DNA from: Patescibacteria group bacterium
GTDB lineage: Bacteria; Patescibacteriota; Patescibacteriia; Patescibacteriales; UBA12465
Assembly (NCBI GenBank): GCA_035269015.1
Contig: DATFJU010000027.1
Coordinates: forward strand, 1 to 62,000
Direction of reading: 5' to 3'
DNA: 62,000 nucleotides
Below the pieces are notes generated by a model. That model was not told the origin of the DNA and did not search any database. It saw only the letters and a list, made by a program, of their open reading frames with translations. How positions within the stretch are numbered: position 1 is the first letter of the stretch; each line of letters opens with the position of its first letter. Made by a program: the position numbers and the translations under genes. This document shows positions 20,415 to 29,437 of this stretch, piece after piece.

Positions 20415-22223
20415 ATGAAATACAATGTAGATAAAACTAGAAACTTTTGTATTATTGCTCATATTGACCATGGCAAGTCTACTTTAGCTGACAGAATGTT
20501 GGAGTTAACTAAAACAGTCGAAGATAGAAATATGAAAGAGCAGTTATTAGATGGCATGGATCTAGAAAGAGAAAGAGGGATAACAATAAAACTGCAACCA
20601 GTGAGCATGGATTACCGGGAACACCGTTTGAACTTAATTGACACTCCTGGTCATGTTGACTTTGGTTATGAGGTGTCTAGGTCTTTAGCGGCAGTAGAGA
20701 CAGCTGTACTACTAGTTGATGCTACACAAGGTATACAAGCTCAGACTTTAGCTAATCTTTATTTAGCTTTAGATCTTGATTTAAATATTATTCCAGTGAT
20801 AAATAAGGTTGATTTACCAGCAGCTAATTTAGAGAAAAGTAAACAAGAAATAATGGATCTTTTAGGTTGTAAAGAGGAAGAGATAATATATGCTTCAGGG
20901 AAAACTGGTAAAGGGGTAAAGGATATTTTAGATAATATTATTGATCATGGAGAAGCACCTTCAGTAGGAGAAAAAGATTATGCTAGAGCTCTTATATTTG
21001 ATTCTAATTATGATAAGTATAGAGGGGTGGTAGCATATGTTCGAGTTACTGATGGTGAGTTTAATAAAGGAGATAAGATAAGATTAATTGCTAGTGAGTC
21101 AGAAAGTGAGATTTTAGATATTGGTATTTTTAGACCACAGTATTTTTCTACCGACAGTCTTCAAACCGGCAGTATTGGTTATATAGTTACTGGTTTTAAA
21201 GAAGTGAGTCAATCTAAAGTAGGTGATACAATTTGTTTGGAAAAAAATAAAGATGTAAAGCCTTTGCCAGGATATCAGGAAGTAAAACCAATGGTATTTG
21301 CTGGAATATTTCCTAAAGAGGGAGACGATTGGGAGAATTTAAGAGAAGCAGTGGAAAAATTAAAGTTAAATGATGCTTCTTTGTCATATGAAACGGAAAG
21401 ATCAGAAGCTCTTGGCTTTGGTTTACGTTGTGGTTTTTTAGGATTACTGCATTTAGAAATTTTTCAAGAAAGACTAAGAAGGGAATATAATTTAGATATT
21501 ATTGTTACTGTCCCTAGTGTTGCCTACAGTGTTCACACTACAGACGTAAAACAAGAAATCATACGCACACCACAAAGAATGCCTAGGGTAGATAGAATTG
21601 AAAAAATAGAAGAGCCTTGGGTAAAGCTGGATATTATTACCCCCCAAGATTATATTGGACCTATTATGCAGTTAGCTCAAGAAAAGAAAGGTATATATAT
21701 CAATACTGAATATATTAATACTAGCAAAAGCGAGAATGATAAAAGAGCAATTATTCATTATCAACTACCACTGGCAGCTATACTAACAGATTTCTATGAC
21801 AAAATTAAAAGTGCTAGTTCTGGCTATGCCTCTATTAATTATGATTATTTAGGATATAAAGAGGCGGATGTGGTGAAAATGGATATATTAGTAGCAGAAG
21901 AGCCAATTGAATCTTTATCACTTATGGTCTATCGTGATGAAGCATTTACGCAAGGTAAGCAGATTGTAAAGATACTAAAAGATACTTTGCCTAGACAGAT
22001 GTTTGTGGTAAAACTGCAAGCAGCTATTGGTTCTAAGATTGTAGCGGCGGAGAGACTACCGGCCATGCGAAAAGATGTTACCGCTAATTTATATGGTGGA
22101 GATGTTAGTAGAAAAAGGAAGCTTTTAGAAAAACAAAAGAAAGGAAAGAAGAAAATGGAAGCAGGTGGTAGAGGTTCTGTTGATATTCCACCTGAAACAT
22201 TTGTTAAAATATTAAAAAGATAA
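20415..22223 (+). CDS. lepA: Translation elongation factor 4 (LepA)
   Basis: G-domain RNFCIIAHIDHGKSTLADR, DTPGHVDF and NKVDL, plus the LepA-specific C-terminal domain. The ATG at 20415 is preferred because it avoids overlap with murJ. Confidence 0.95.
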   Translation: MKYNVDKTRNFCIIAHIDHGKSTLADRMLELTKTVEDRNMKEQLLDGMDLERERGITIKLQPVSMDYREHRLNLIDTPGHVDFGYEVSRSLAAVETAVLLVDATQGIQAQTLANLYLALDLDLNIIPVINKVDLPAANLEKSKQEIMDLLGCKEEEIIYASGKTGKGVKDILDNIIDHGEAPSVGEKDYARALIFDSNYDKYRGVVAYVRVTDGEFNKGDKIRLIASESESEILDIGIFRPQYFSTDSLQTGSIGYIVTGFKEVSQSKVGDTICLEKNKDVKPLPGYQEVKPMVFAGIFPKEGDDWENLREAVEKLKLNDASLSYETERSEALGFGLRCGFLGLLHLEIFQERLRREYNLDIIVTVPSVAYSVHTTDVKQEIIRTPQRMPRVDRIEKIEEPWVKLDIITPQDYIGPIMQLAQEKKGIYINTEYINTSKSENDKRAIIHYQLPLAAILTDFYDKIKSASSGYASINYDYLGYKEADVVKMDILVAEEPIESLSLMVYRDEAFTQGKQIVKILKDTLPRQMFVVKLQAAIGSKIVAAERLPAMRKDVTANLYGGDVSRKRKLLEKQKKGKKKMEAGGRGSVDIPPETFVKILKR

Positions 22224-22224
22224 T

Positions 22225-22332
22225 ATGCGAAAAAAACATAAAAAAGTGATAAACAAGATTGTTTGGCTCATTATTTCAGTAATGGTTATTTTTTCTATGG
22301 TAGCCTGGACTTTGGGGCCAAGCACATACTAG
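22225..22332 (+). CDS. Possible 35-aa single-TM micro-protein (not in the ORF track)
   Basis: ATG 1 nt after the lepA stop. Translates to MRKKHKKVINKIVWLIISVMVIFSMVAWTLGPSTY: a basic N-terminus and one TM helix. I translated it by hand. Confidence 0.35.
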   Translation: MRKKHKKVINKIVWLIISVMVIFSMVAWTLGPSTY

Positions 22333-22347
22333 TATTAAAGAAAGTCG

Positions 22348-22379
22348 TTTAAAAGCAATTTAGATTTAAAAGCAATTTA
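22348..22379 (+). repeat. Perfect 15-bp tandem direct repeat (TTTAAAAGCAATTTA x2, 2-nt spacer) just upstream of recJ
   Basis: Copies at 22348..22362 and 22365..22379. The second ends 9 nt before the recJ ATG. Confidence 0.85.
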
Positions 22380-22388
22380 CATAAGATT

Positions 22389-24128
22389 ATGAATAAACGT
22401 TGGCAGGTAGCGAATTTAATTTCTCAAGATATAATTAAAAGAAAAACTGATATTAATCCAGTTGTTTTGCAGATTTTATATAATAGAGGAATAAAGGAGC
22501 CAGAATATAATTATTTTTTATACCCACAAAGGCAAGAATTGTTTGATCCTTTTTTATTTTCTGATATGGATAAAGCCGTGGGGATAATTATAAAAAACAT
22601 TAAAGCCCAAAAAAAGATACTGATATATGGAGATTATGATGCTGATGGTATAACTTCAACAGCTGTAATGTATGAAGTACTAAAAACATTACAAGCTCAG
22701 GTTGAGACTTATATACCTGATAGAGTTAGTGAAGGTTATGGTTTAAATAAAAAAGCCATAGAGTCTTTTGTTGATAAAGATATAGATTTAATTATTACAG
22801 TTGATAATGGTATTAGAAATAAAGCAGAAGTTTCCTTTGCTCAATCACTAGGAATAGAAGTAATAGTTACCGATCACCACGTCTTTCCTCCTGAAAAAGA
22901 AGAGTGGCCTGGAACTTTAATTATTAACCCCTCTCATCCTGAAGATAATTATCCCTATAAAAAACTAGCAGGAGTTGGTGTTGCTTATAAGTTAGCTACT
23001 GCTTTAATTTCTAAATCAACCTTAAAACAAAGTGATAAGGATAGACTTTTAGAGAAAGAACTAGATTTAGTAGCGCTGGGCACTATTGCAGACTTAGTTC
23101 CTTTAACTGGGGAAAATAGAGTTTTAGTGTATAGAGGTCTTAAAATTATTAATAATAGTTTAAGCTTCTTTAAAAAAGGTAGAACAGGGCTTAGACAACT
23201 TATTAGACAAGCTAATTTGAAACAAGATAAAGATTTACAATCTTGGAATATAGCTTTTCAATTAGGACCAAGACTTAACGCTGCCAGTCGTTTAAAACAT
23301 GCTAATACTGCTTTTGATCTTTTAACTAAAACTAGTAAAACAGAAGTTAGAAATTTAGCTCAAGAATTAGATGAACGCAATCAAAAAAGACAAATGATAA
23401 CTGAGAAGATATATAATGAAGCTAGGCAACAAGTTGATAAGTATGGAGAAGAAAAACAAGCTTTGGTAGCGGTTTGTCCAGAGGGGCAAACTTGGAATGA
23501 AGGTGTGATTGGTTTAGTGGCAGGAAAGATTAGTGATAAATATTATCGTCCCACTTTAGTTATTACAAGAATTCAAGAAGATGATGGTACTTATAGTTTT
23601 AAAGCTTCAGGTAGGTCTGTGCCCGAATTTAATCTTATGGAAGCCTTAGAATCTTTAACTGATAATTTAGATAAATATGGTGGTCACCCTTTAGCTTGTG
23701 GTTTTAGTGTATTCAGTCAAGAGAAGTTAGATGGGTTTGTTGAGAAATTTATAGAATTTTCTAAAAATAAATTAAAAGATAAGGAATTAATTCCTAGTGT
23801 AAATATTGATTTAGAAATTGATATTGAAAGCTGGAATTTAGAAATGTTAGATGAGATTAACAAGCTCAGACCTTTTGGCCAAAACAATCCTGAGCCTTTG
23901 TTTTTGAGTAAAGATGTTAGTATAAGTGAGATAGTAAACATGGGAGCTGATAATCAACATGTTAAGTTTAAGCTTTATGATTTTTGGGCATTAGCCTTTG
24001 GTCAAACTGAGCGTTATCAGGATTTAAAGATCGATGATAAGATTGATATTGTTTATACTGTAGAGATAAATAATTTTAATAATAAAAAGACACTACAATT
24101 TAAGATAGTTGATCTTAAAAAAAGTTAA
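22389..24128 (+). CDS. recJ: Single-stranded-DNA-specific exonuclease RecJ
   Basis: DHH motifs (GDYDADGITS, TVDNG, VTDHH) and the DHHA1 region (GGHPLACG). Confidence 0.93.
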   Translation: MNKRWQVANLISQDIIKRKTDINPVVLQILYNRGIKEPEYNYFLYPQRQELFDPFLFSDMDKAVGIIIKNIKAQKKILIYGDYDADGITSTAVMYEVLKTLQAQVETYIPDRVSEGYGLNKKAIESFVDKDIDLIITVDNGIRNKAEVSFAQSLGIEVIVTDHHVFPPEKEEWPGTLIINPSHPEDNYPYKKLAGVGVAYKLATALISKSTLKQSDKDRLLEKELDLVALGTIADLVPLTGENRVLVYRGLKIINNSLSFFKKGRTGLRQLIRQANLKQDKDLQSWNIAFQLGPRLNAASRLKHANTAFDLLTKTSKTEVRNLAQELDERNQKRQMITEKIYNEARQQVDKYGEEKQALVAVCPEGQTWNEGVIGLVAGKISDKYYRPTLVITRIQEDDGTYSFKASGRSVPEFNLMEALESLTDNLDKYGGHPLACGFSVFSQEKLDGFVEKFIEFSKNKLKDKELIPSVNIDLEIDIESWNLEMLDEINKLRPFGQNNPEPLFLSKDVSISEIVNMGADNQHVKFKLYDFWALAFGQTERYQDLKIDDKIDIVYTVEINNFNNKKTLQFKIVDLKKS

Positions 24129-24158
24129 GGGAAATAAATTAAAAAATAAAATAATTAT

Positions 24159-24584
24159 ATGAGTAAGGAAAAACTAATTATATATTGTGATGGTGGCTCT
24201 AGAGGTAATCCGGGTCCAGCTGGACTAGGAGCTGTTATCTATGATGAAGATAAAAACAAAGTATTTGAAATCTCCGAGTTTTTAGGTGTAACTACCAATA
24301 ATCAAGCAGAATATAAAGGAGTATTGCAAGCTATTAAAAAAGCCAAAGAGCTAAAAGCCAAAGAGCTGACTTTTTATTTAGACAGTGAGCTAATTGTTAA
24401 ACAGATGAATGGTCAGTATAGGGTAAAAAATAGAGACCTCATACCTTTATACATGGAAATTAGAAAACATGTTTTAGAATTTCAAAAAGTAGAATTCAAT
24501 CATGTCAGAAGAGAATACAATAAAGAAGCAGATGCATTAGCTAACATGGCTATGGACGAACATGGCCCTAAGAAGAAGAGATAA
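24159..24584 (+). CDS. rnhA: Ribonuclease HI (RNase H type 1, RVT_3-like)
   Basis: 141 aa with the DEDD catalytic pattern: YCDGGSRGNPGPAG, NNQAEY, DSELIV, NKEADALAN. Confidence 0.85.
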   Translation: MSKEKLIIYCDGGSRGNPGPAGLGAVIYDEDKNKVFEISEFLGVTTNNQAEYKGVLQAIKKAKELKAKELTFYLDSELIVKQMNGQYRVKNRDLIPLYMEIRKHVLEFQKVEFNHVRREYNKEADALANMAMDEHGPKKKR

Positions 24585-24611
24585 AGAGTTAATGTTTGCT
24601 AATTAGAATAT

Positions 24612-24644
24612 AAAAAAATAGACTTTTATTAAGTCTATTTTTTA
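24612..24644. terminator. Bidirectional intrinsic terminator between rnhA and porB
   Basis: Hairpin AAAAAATAGACTT-TTATT-AAGTCTATTTTTT, flanked by an A-run and a T-run. Confidence 0.7.
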
Positions 24645-24680
24645 TATTAACTAAATCATAATATATTAAAGCAATTTTTT

Positions 24681-25571
24681 CTATAAACCATACTCTTTAA
24701 TATTTTTATCTGCTAAACCTTGTATCTCTTTTATACTTTCTTTTCCTTTAGCGCTTTTGAAAAGATGAGAAAATCTTCCTTGTAGTTTTAGATACTCATC
24801 TACTTTAACTTTTTTCTCAGGTACTTTTGATTTAGATGTTAGCTTTCCATTAGTATATTCAAGTAAAGGGTATAGTCCTGTTTTAGCTGCTAGTTGTCCC
24901 ACTAACATAGCTTTATTTGATTTTATTTTCCAACCAGGAATACAAGGTGCTTGTATTTGAATATAGCTTGGACCCTTAGTGTTAAGAGCTGTTTTGACTT
25001 TCTTGGTTATATCTTGAGGATAGCCAGCAGTGCTTTGAGTTACATAAGGTAAGCCGTGAGCCAAGGCAATTGCTATCATATCTTTTTTCTTTTGTTTTGA
25101 TCCTAGGCTGTCAGTTCCGGCAGGAGTGGTGGTAGTGCTAGAGCTTAAAGGAGTGGCACCTGAAGCTTGAATACCAGTGTTAGAATATGCTTCAGTGTCA
25201 TAGACAATATAGACTATATCTTCAAATCTTTCCCACATACCACTTATTAATCCAAAACCTATATCAAAAGTTCCACCATCACCAGCTTGGACGATAACTT
25301 TAGTGTGTTTGTTTTTCTTTTTATTTAAACTAGCTTTAATACCTGAAGCTACAGCTGAAGGATTCTCAAACAGTGAATGAATCCAAGGTACACCCCAAGA
25401 ACTTTCAGGGTAGGGAGTAGTAGTTACCTCCAGGCAACCGGTAGCATTAGCAATAATTACATCTTTAGTCATAGCTCTAGTAGCTGCCATAGCTGCTATA
25501 AGTTGACCACAACCGGCACAGGCGCGGTGACCTGAGTTTAATATTCCCTTGTTATTTTCTATTTTATTCAT
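24681..25571 (-). CDS. porB: 2-oxoacid (pyruvate):ferredoxin oxidoreductase, beta (TPP-binding) subunit
   Basis: CAGCG cluster-ligand region and the TPP motif QAGDGGTFDIG...N. Last gene of the por operon. Confidence 0.9.
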   Translation of the reverse strand: MNKIENNKGILNSGHRACAGCGQLIAAMAATRAMTKDVIIANATGCLEVTTTPYPESSWGVPWIHSLFENPSAVASGIKASLNKKKNKHTKVIVQAGDGGTFDIGFGLISGMWERFEDIVYIVYDTEAYSNTGIQASGATPLSSSTTTTPAGTDSLGSKQKKKDMIAIALAHGLPYVTQSTAGYPQDITKKVKTALNTKGPSYIQIQAPCIPGWKIKSNKAMLVGQLAAKTGLYPLLEYTNGKLTSKSKVPEKKVKVDEYLKLQGRFSHLFKSAKGKESIKEIQGLADKNIKEYGL

Positions 25572-25585
25572 ATTTCTTTATTTTA

Positions 25586-26644
25586 TTATGGGTTATAATA
25601 ACAACATTCTAAACCATCTTTACATTTTCTTCCGCTAAAAACTCTCCAATCTGTATCCCAATCTCCATTACATGAGCCATTTACTACTTGAGGTGGATCA
25701 CTAAAACATATTCCACCATCATTACCACAAGGCTCACCTTCGTTTCCTTCTCCATAATAAGGTGTTTCATCATAACATCTACAATCACCAAGACTACTAG
25801 AACATTTATCACCGTCATCAGCTCCTTCACAGTTTATTGTTTCGCAATTATAATCAGCTACTTGTGAGCATTCCATATCTTGAAAATCAGAGTTTATTGC
25901 ATATATAGTTTCATTATAAGTTTTACTACAGTTGGCTATATTTGCATCTATACAGTTAGTACTTTCTACATAAGTAGTTATTGTACCATATGATCTAGGT
26001 TCTTCTGTTATTATTATACAACATCCGTCTTTTAAACACTGTGTGCCATCAGAGGTGGCGCTATAACCAGTTTTAAATTCAGCGTTATCAATTTTGTCAC
26101 AATCTTTATTAGTCGTATTTTTAGCTTCATTATCATTAATTTCGCAACAACCAAATTGCAGAACTCCAATATATTCAGTTTCTATTGGTTTAAAACTTAG
26201 AAGAGCGGGGCTAACTATTTGTAGTAATGTATAAGTACCAAGTAGTAAGACAAGGCCAATTATAGAACTGGTAATCATAGACTTAGCTGTACCAATTTTT
26301 TCAGAAGCTCCGGCAGAAGTTAACCAAATTATTCCACCAGCGACTATCATCATTAGAGCTAAAAAGGCTGCAATACCAATTCCATAGTTATATATTGCTT
26401 TAATATATCTAGGCAATAAGGTGCTATACATGGTTGTAACCTCTCTGCCAGCCTCATTTTCAGAAACTTTACTTGTGCCAACTGTGGTGGTGCCACCATC
26501 AAACTCACTACCAGGAATAGGTACTTGTGGAGTAAATTCTAAACTTTCTGGTGATTCATTTTGAGCTAAGGTAGTAGGTATAAAAACTTGGAAACTAAAG
26601 ATAATAATTACAAGCAGAAGTATTGTCTTAATTGTCTTAGTCAT
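25586..26644 (-). CDS. Exported protein: CPR-type T4SS-pilin-like (VirB2/TrbC-like) TM hairpin fused to a 20-cysteine C-terminal domain
   Basis: Signal peptide MTKTIKTILLLVIIIFSFQVFIPTTLAQ. The pilin-like core IAAFLALMMIVAGGIIWLTSAGASEKIGTAKSMITSSIIGLVLLL matches the T4SS_pilin (PF18895-type) pattern from memory. The C-terminal ~190 aa hold 20 Cys (hand count). Lies between porA (4-nt gap) and porB (14-nt gap). Confidence 0.6.
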   Translation of the reverse strand: MTKTIKTILLLVIIIFSFQVFIPTTLAQNESPESLEFTPQVPIPGSEFDGGTTTVGTSKVSENEAGREVTTMYSTLLPRYIKAIYNYGIGIAAFLALMMIVAGGIIWLTSAGASEKIGTAKSMITSSIIGLVLLLGTYTLLQIVSPALLSFKPIETEYIGVLQFGCCEINDNEAKNTTNKDCDKIDNAEFKTGYSATSDGTQCLKDGCCIIITEEPRSYGTITTYVESTNCIDANIANCSKTYNETIYAINSDFQDMECSQVADYNCETINCEGADDGDKCSSSLGDCRCYDETPYYGEGNEGEPCGNDGGICFSDPPQVVNGSCNGDWDTDWRVFSGRKCKDGLECCYYNP

Positions 26645-26648
26645 AATT

Positions 26649-27827
26649 TTAAGTTATATATAGTGATTGACTACTTTTGTTTTTTTTCTTTGTTATCTTA
26701 ATTGCTTTTTTAATTATTTCTTTAGTTACATCTCTGCCCCCTAGACCGGTAACAAAACTATGAACATTTTTCTTGTCAGTGCTTAGTGCTTGATTTATCT
26801 CTTGAGCTAAAGGGGAAACAGCTCCTAAGCTGGTAGCTTTTTCAATTACTGCAATATTAGGATTATCTTTTAAAGCTTTTTTCACCGCCTCATACGGAAA
26901 AGGTCTAAAGCTTTTAATCTTTAATATTGCTACTGAGTCCATTTCATCACTAATATCTTTCATAGTTCCTACCATGGAACCCATAGCTACAATTACAGTT
27001 TTAGCTTTTTTAGGACCATAGTATTCAAGTAGGGCGCTGTTATCGCTGGTAGCAATATCTTTACCAACAGTTTTTTGTAGTAATTTAAATTCTTTCTCTA
27101 TTTCATTGGTGCTATTTTTTAAAGCTAAGTGGAGATCTTGTCTAATTTCTTGATAATATTGAGGTCTAGCAAAAGAGCCCATAGTTACCGGTTCTTTAGG
27201 GTTTAAATATTCATGGCTAGCGGGTTTATATTTAGGTAAAAATTTCTTGATAGCTGATTTATTAGGAATAATCACTGGTTCATATGAATGAGTGAGCACA
27301 AAACCATCCATATTTACCATAGCAGGAAGTTTTAACTTCTCAGCTACTTTATAGGCTAATAAATGTTGAACTATAGCTTCTTGGTGATTTTCTGCAAAAA
27401 ATATTAACCAACCAGCATCACGAACAGTCATAGCATCTTGGTGATCATTCCAAATGGTAATAGGAGAAGATACTCCTCGGTTAGCAACAGTCATAACTAC
27501 CGGTAATCTTAAACCGGCAATATTAAATACTACTTCCGTCATTAGAAGCAGTCCTTGGGAGCTGGTAGCGCTATAAGCTCTAGAACCAGTAGCAGAAGCT
27601 CCTAAAATAATGGAAGCGGCGGCAAATTCACTTTCAGCTCTAACATACTCGTAATCAGCTTGTCCGTCAGCTTTAAACTTGGCTAGGTCCTCCACAATAT
27701 GAGTTTGGGGAGTAATAGGGTAGGCAGAGATTACTTCAGGTTCTATGTTTTTAATAGTTAGAGCCACTGCTCTAGATCCTTCTAAAATGTTTTTATTTTT
27801 TAAGTTGTTTTGTTTTTTATTTTTCAT
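26649..27827 (-). CDS. porA: 2-oxoacid (pyruvate):ferredoxin oxidoreductase, alpha subunit
   Basis: 392 aa, typical PorA/VorA N-terminal pyrimidine-binding domain (AYPITPQT...). Overlaps porD by 11 nt. Confidence 0.9.
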   Translation of the reverse strand: MKNKKQNNLKNKNILEGSRAVALTIKNIEPEVISAYPITPQTHIVEDLAKFKADGQADYEYVRAESEFAAASIILGASATGSRAYSATSSQGLLLMTEVVFNIAGLRLPVVMTVANRGVSSPITIWNDHQDAMTVRDAGWLIFFAENHQEAIVQHLLAYKVAEKLKLPAMVNMDGFVLTHSYEPVIIPNKSAIKKFLPKYKPASHEYLNPKEPVTMGSFARPQYYQEIRQDLHLALKNSTNEIEKEFKLLQKTVGKDIATSDNSALLEYYGPKKAKTVIVAMGSMVGTMKDISDEMDSVAILKIKSFRPFPYEAVKKALKDNPNIAVIEKATSLGAVSPLAQEINQALSTDKKNVHSFVTGLGGRDVTKEIIKKAIKITKKKNKSSQSLYIT

Positions 27828-28095
27828 CTCTTTTCATTGTTATAGCATTAACTGGGCACTTATTAGCACAGGCACCACAGCCTTTGCAATAGTCATAATT
27901 TACTTTAGATTTTAAACCATTTTTTGTTTTTTGCATATCCATAGCATTATCTGGGCAGGCAAGCACACATCTTTTACAACCAATACATTTACTTTTATCA
28001 ATAACTGGTTTAAAGGTACGCCAAGAACCAGTGTGGTTTTCTTTAGTACTGCCAGCTTTGGCATTTATATCTATATTTTTAGTTTTATTTTTCAT
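27817..28095 (-). CDS. porD: 2-oxoacid:ferredoxin oxidoreductase, delta subunit (2x[4Fe-4S] ferredoxin)
   Basis: Two CxxCxxCxxxCP motifs: CIGCKRCVLACP and CKGCGACANKCP. Confidence 0.9.
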   Translation of the reverse strand: MKNKTKNIDINAKAGSTKENHTGSWRTFKPVIDKSKCIGCKRCVLACPDNAMDMQKTKNGLKSKVNYDYCKGCGACANKCPVNAITMKRDEK

Positions 28096-28651
28096 AAGCT
28101 TTAGTTATAGCTTTTATATTTTTGTTTATTATTTCCTTGTTTTTTTCTTGAAATTTTTCTTTAATTGCTTCTTTGGTAGATTCTAGAGATATTAGTTCAA
28201 AGTTTTTAGCTAAGAGTCCTAAAATAACAGTGTTGGCTAAGTTTTTGCCTAGTATTTTTAAAGCTATAGAAGTAGCATCTAAGCAGTGAATATTTTCTTC
28301 TTTACTTTTAAAATTCCATTTTTCTGCTAATATCTTTTTAATTTCTTTAGCGCTTAAAGTAGTGTTAACTATTATCATAGTATTAATATTGCAACCACTT
28401 ACCAAATTAGTAGTGTTAAGCAGGGAGGCATCTAAAATAATTAAGATATCAGGACTGTATACCTGTTCTCTAGTGCGTATAAATTTATCATCTATTCTAG
28501 TATAGGCTTCAATAGGAGCTCCTGTTCTTTCTACTCCAAAAGAAGGGAAGGCTTGGGAGTAGTATTTATTTTTAAAAGCGCTAATGGCTATAAGCTCAGA
28601 AGCAGTAACTACACCTTGCCCACCACGACCATGTATTCTAATTTTTTGCAT
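28085..28651 (-). CDS. porG: 2-oxoacid:ferredoxin oxidoreductase, gamma subunit
   Basis: 188 aa. N-terminal IRIHGRGGQGVVTASELIA signature. Overlaps porD by 11 nt. Confidence 0.9.
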   Translation of the reverse strand: MQKIRIHGRGGQGVVTASELIAISAFKNKYYSQAFPSFGVERTGAPIEAYTRIDDKFIRTREQVYSPDILIILDASLLNTTNLVSGCNINTMIIVNTTLSAKEIKKILAEKWNFKSKEENIHCLDATSIALKILGKNLANTVILGLLAKNFELISLESTKEAIKEKFQEKNKEIINKNIKAITKAYEK

Positions 28652-28652
28652 A

Positions 28653-29351
28653 TTAATTATTTTCTAATAAATTATTTATATATAATTCAAATTGATCTTT
28701 TTCTATGTGTCCAGATGCTTTATATTCATTAAACATATAAGTTGGAGTTCTATCTATATTCATAGTATCAGCATCTTTCATATCTTGTCTAATAGCACCC
28801 AAATATCGCTCCTCTGCCATGCAGTTAATAAATTGTAATCTATTAGCTCCTATTTGTTCAGCTATATCAGGTAATTCTTCTAATTCAAATTCACCTTGTC
28901 TTTCAAATAATTTATCAATCATATTCCAAAATTTACCCTGTTCACCAGCGCAGCGACCTGCTAAGGATAAAGCGATAGAATCTTCACCTAAGATAGGTAA
29001 GTCTCTGTATATTATTTTCACTTTATTGGAGTAACTCTTTATTATCTCTTCTGTTATTACATTAAAAGCCTTTTTACAGTAAGGACAGTTTAAATCAGAA
29101 AACATTACGATTGTTAATTCAGGATTCTTAGTCCCTAGGTAATAATTAGAAGTGCCTTCTCTTAATTCTTGGGGATTAAAGACTTCACCTGTTTCTGGAT
29201 CAATCTGAAGTGCACCACTTTCTATGGCTTTTTTAGTGTTAAAAAAATACATGGCTGAGGAGATGATTGTTATAATTACTAATAAAGAAAAAATAATTAG
29301 TAATATGCCCCACCACTTTTGATACCATTTTTTATGATAAAATGAAGACAT
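28653..29351 (-). CDS. Membrane-anchored DsbA-like thiol:disulfide oxidoreductase (thioredoxin fold, CPYC)
   Basis: N-terminal TM anchor, active site LNCPYCKK, DsbA-family helical insert, cis-Pro region DRTPTYMF. Stop lies 1 nt before the porG start. Confidence 0.85.
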   Translation of the reverse strand: MSSFYHKKWYQKWWGILLIIFSLLVIITIISSAMYFFNTKKAIESGALQIDPETGEVFNPQELREGTSNYYLGTKNPELTIVMFSDLNCPYCKKAFNVITEEIIKSYSNKVKIIYRDLPILGEDSIALSLAGRCAGEQGKFWNMIDKLFERQGEFELEELPDIAEQIGANRLQFINCMAEERYLGAIRQDMKDADTMNIDRTPTYMFNEYKASGHIEKDQFELYINNLLENN

Positions 29352-29386
29352 CTTTTTTACTTAGCTTAATAATATGCTAAAATATA

Positions 29387-29415
29387 TTTATTAATGTTAT
29401 TATAACATTAATAAA
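29387..29415. repeat. 29-bp perfect palindrome in the divergent dsbA-por / xth control region
   Basis: TTTATTAATGTTAT-T-ATAACATTAATAAA. The 14-bp arms were checked base by base. Confidence 0.9.
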
Positions 29416-29437
29416 ATAATTAGTAAAAAATATACAC

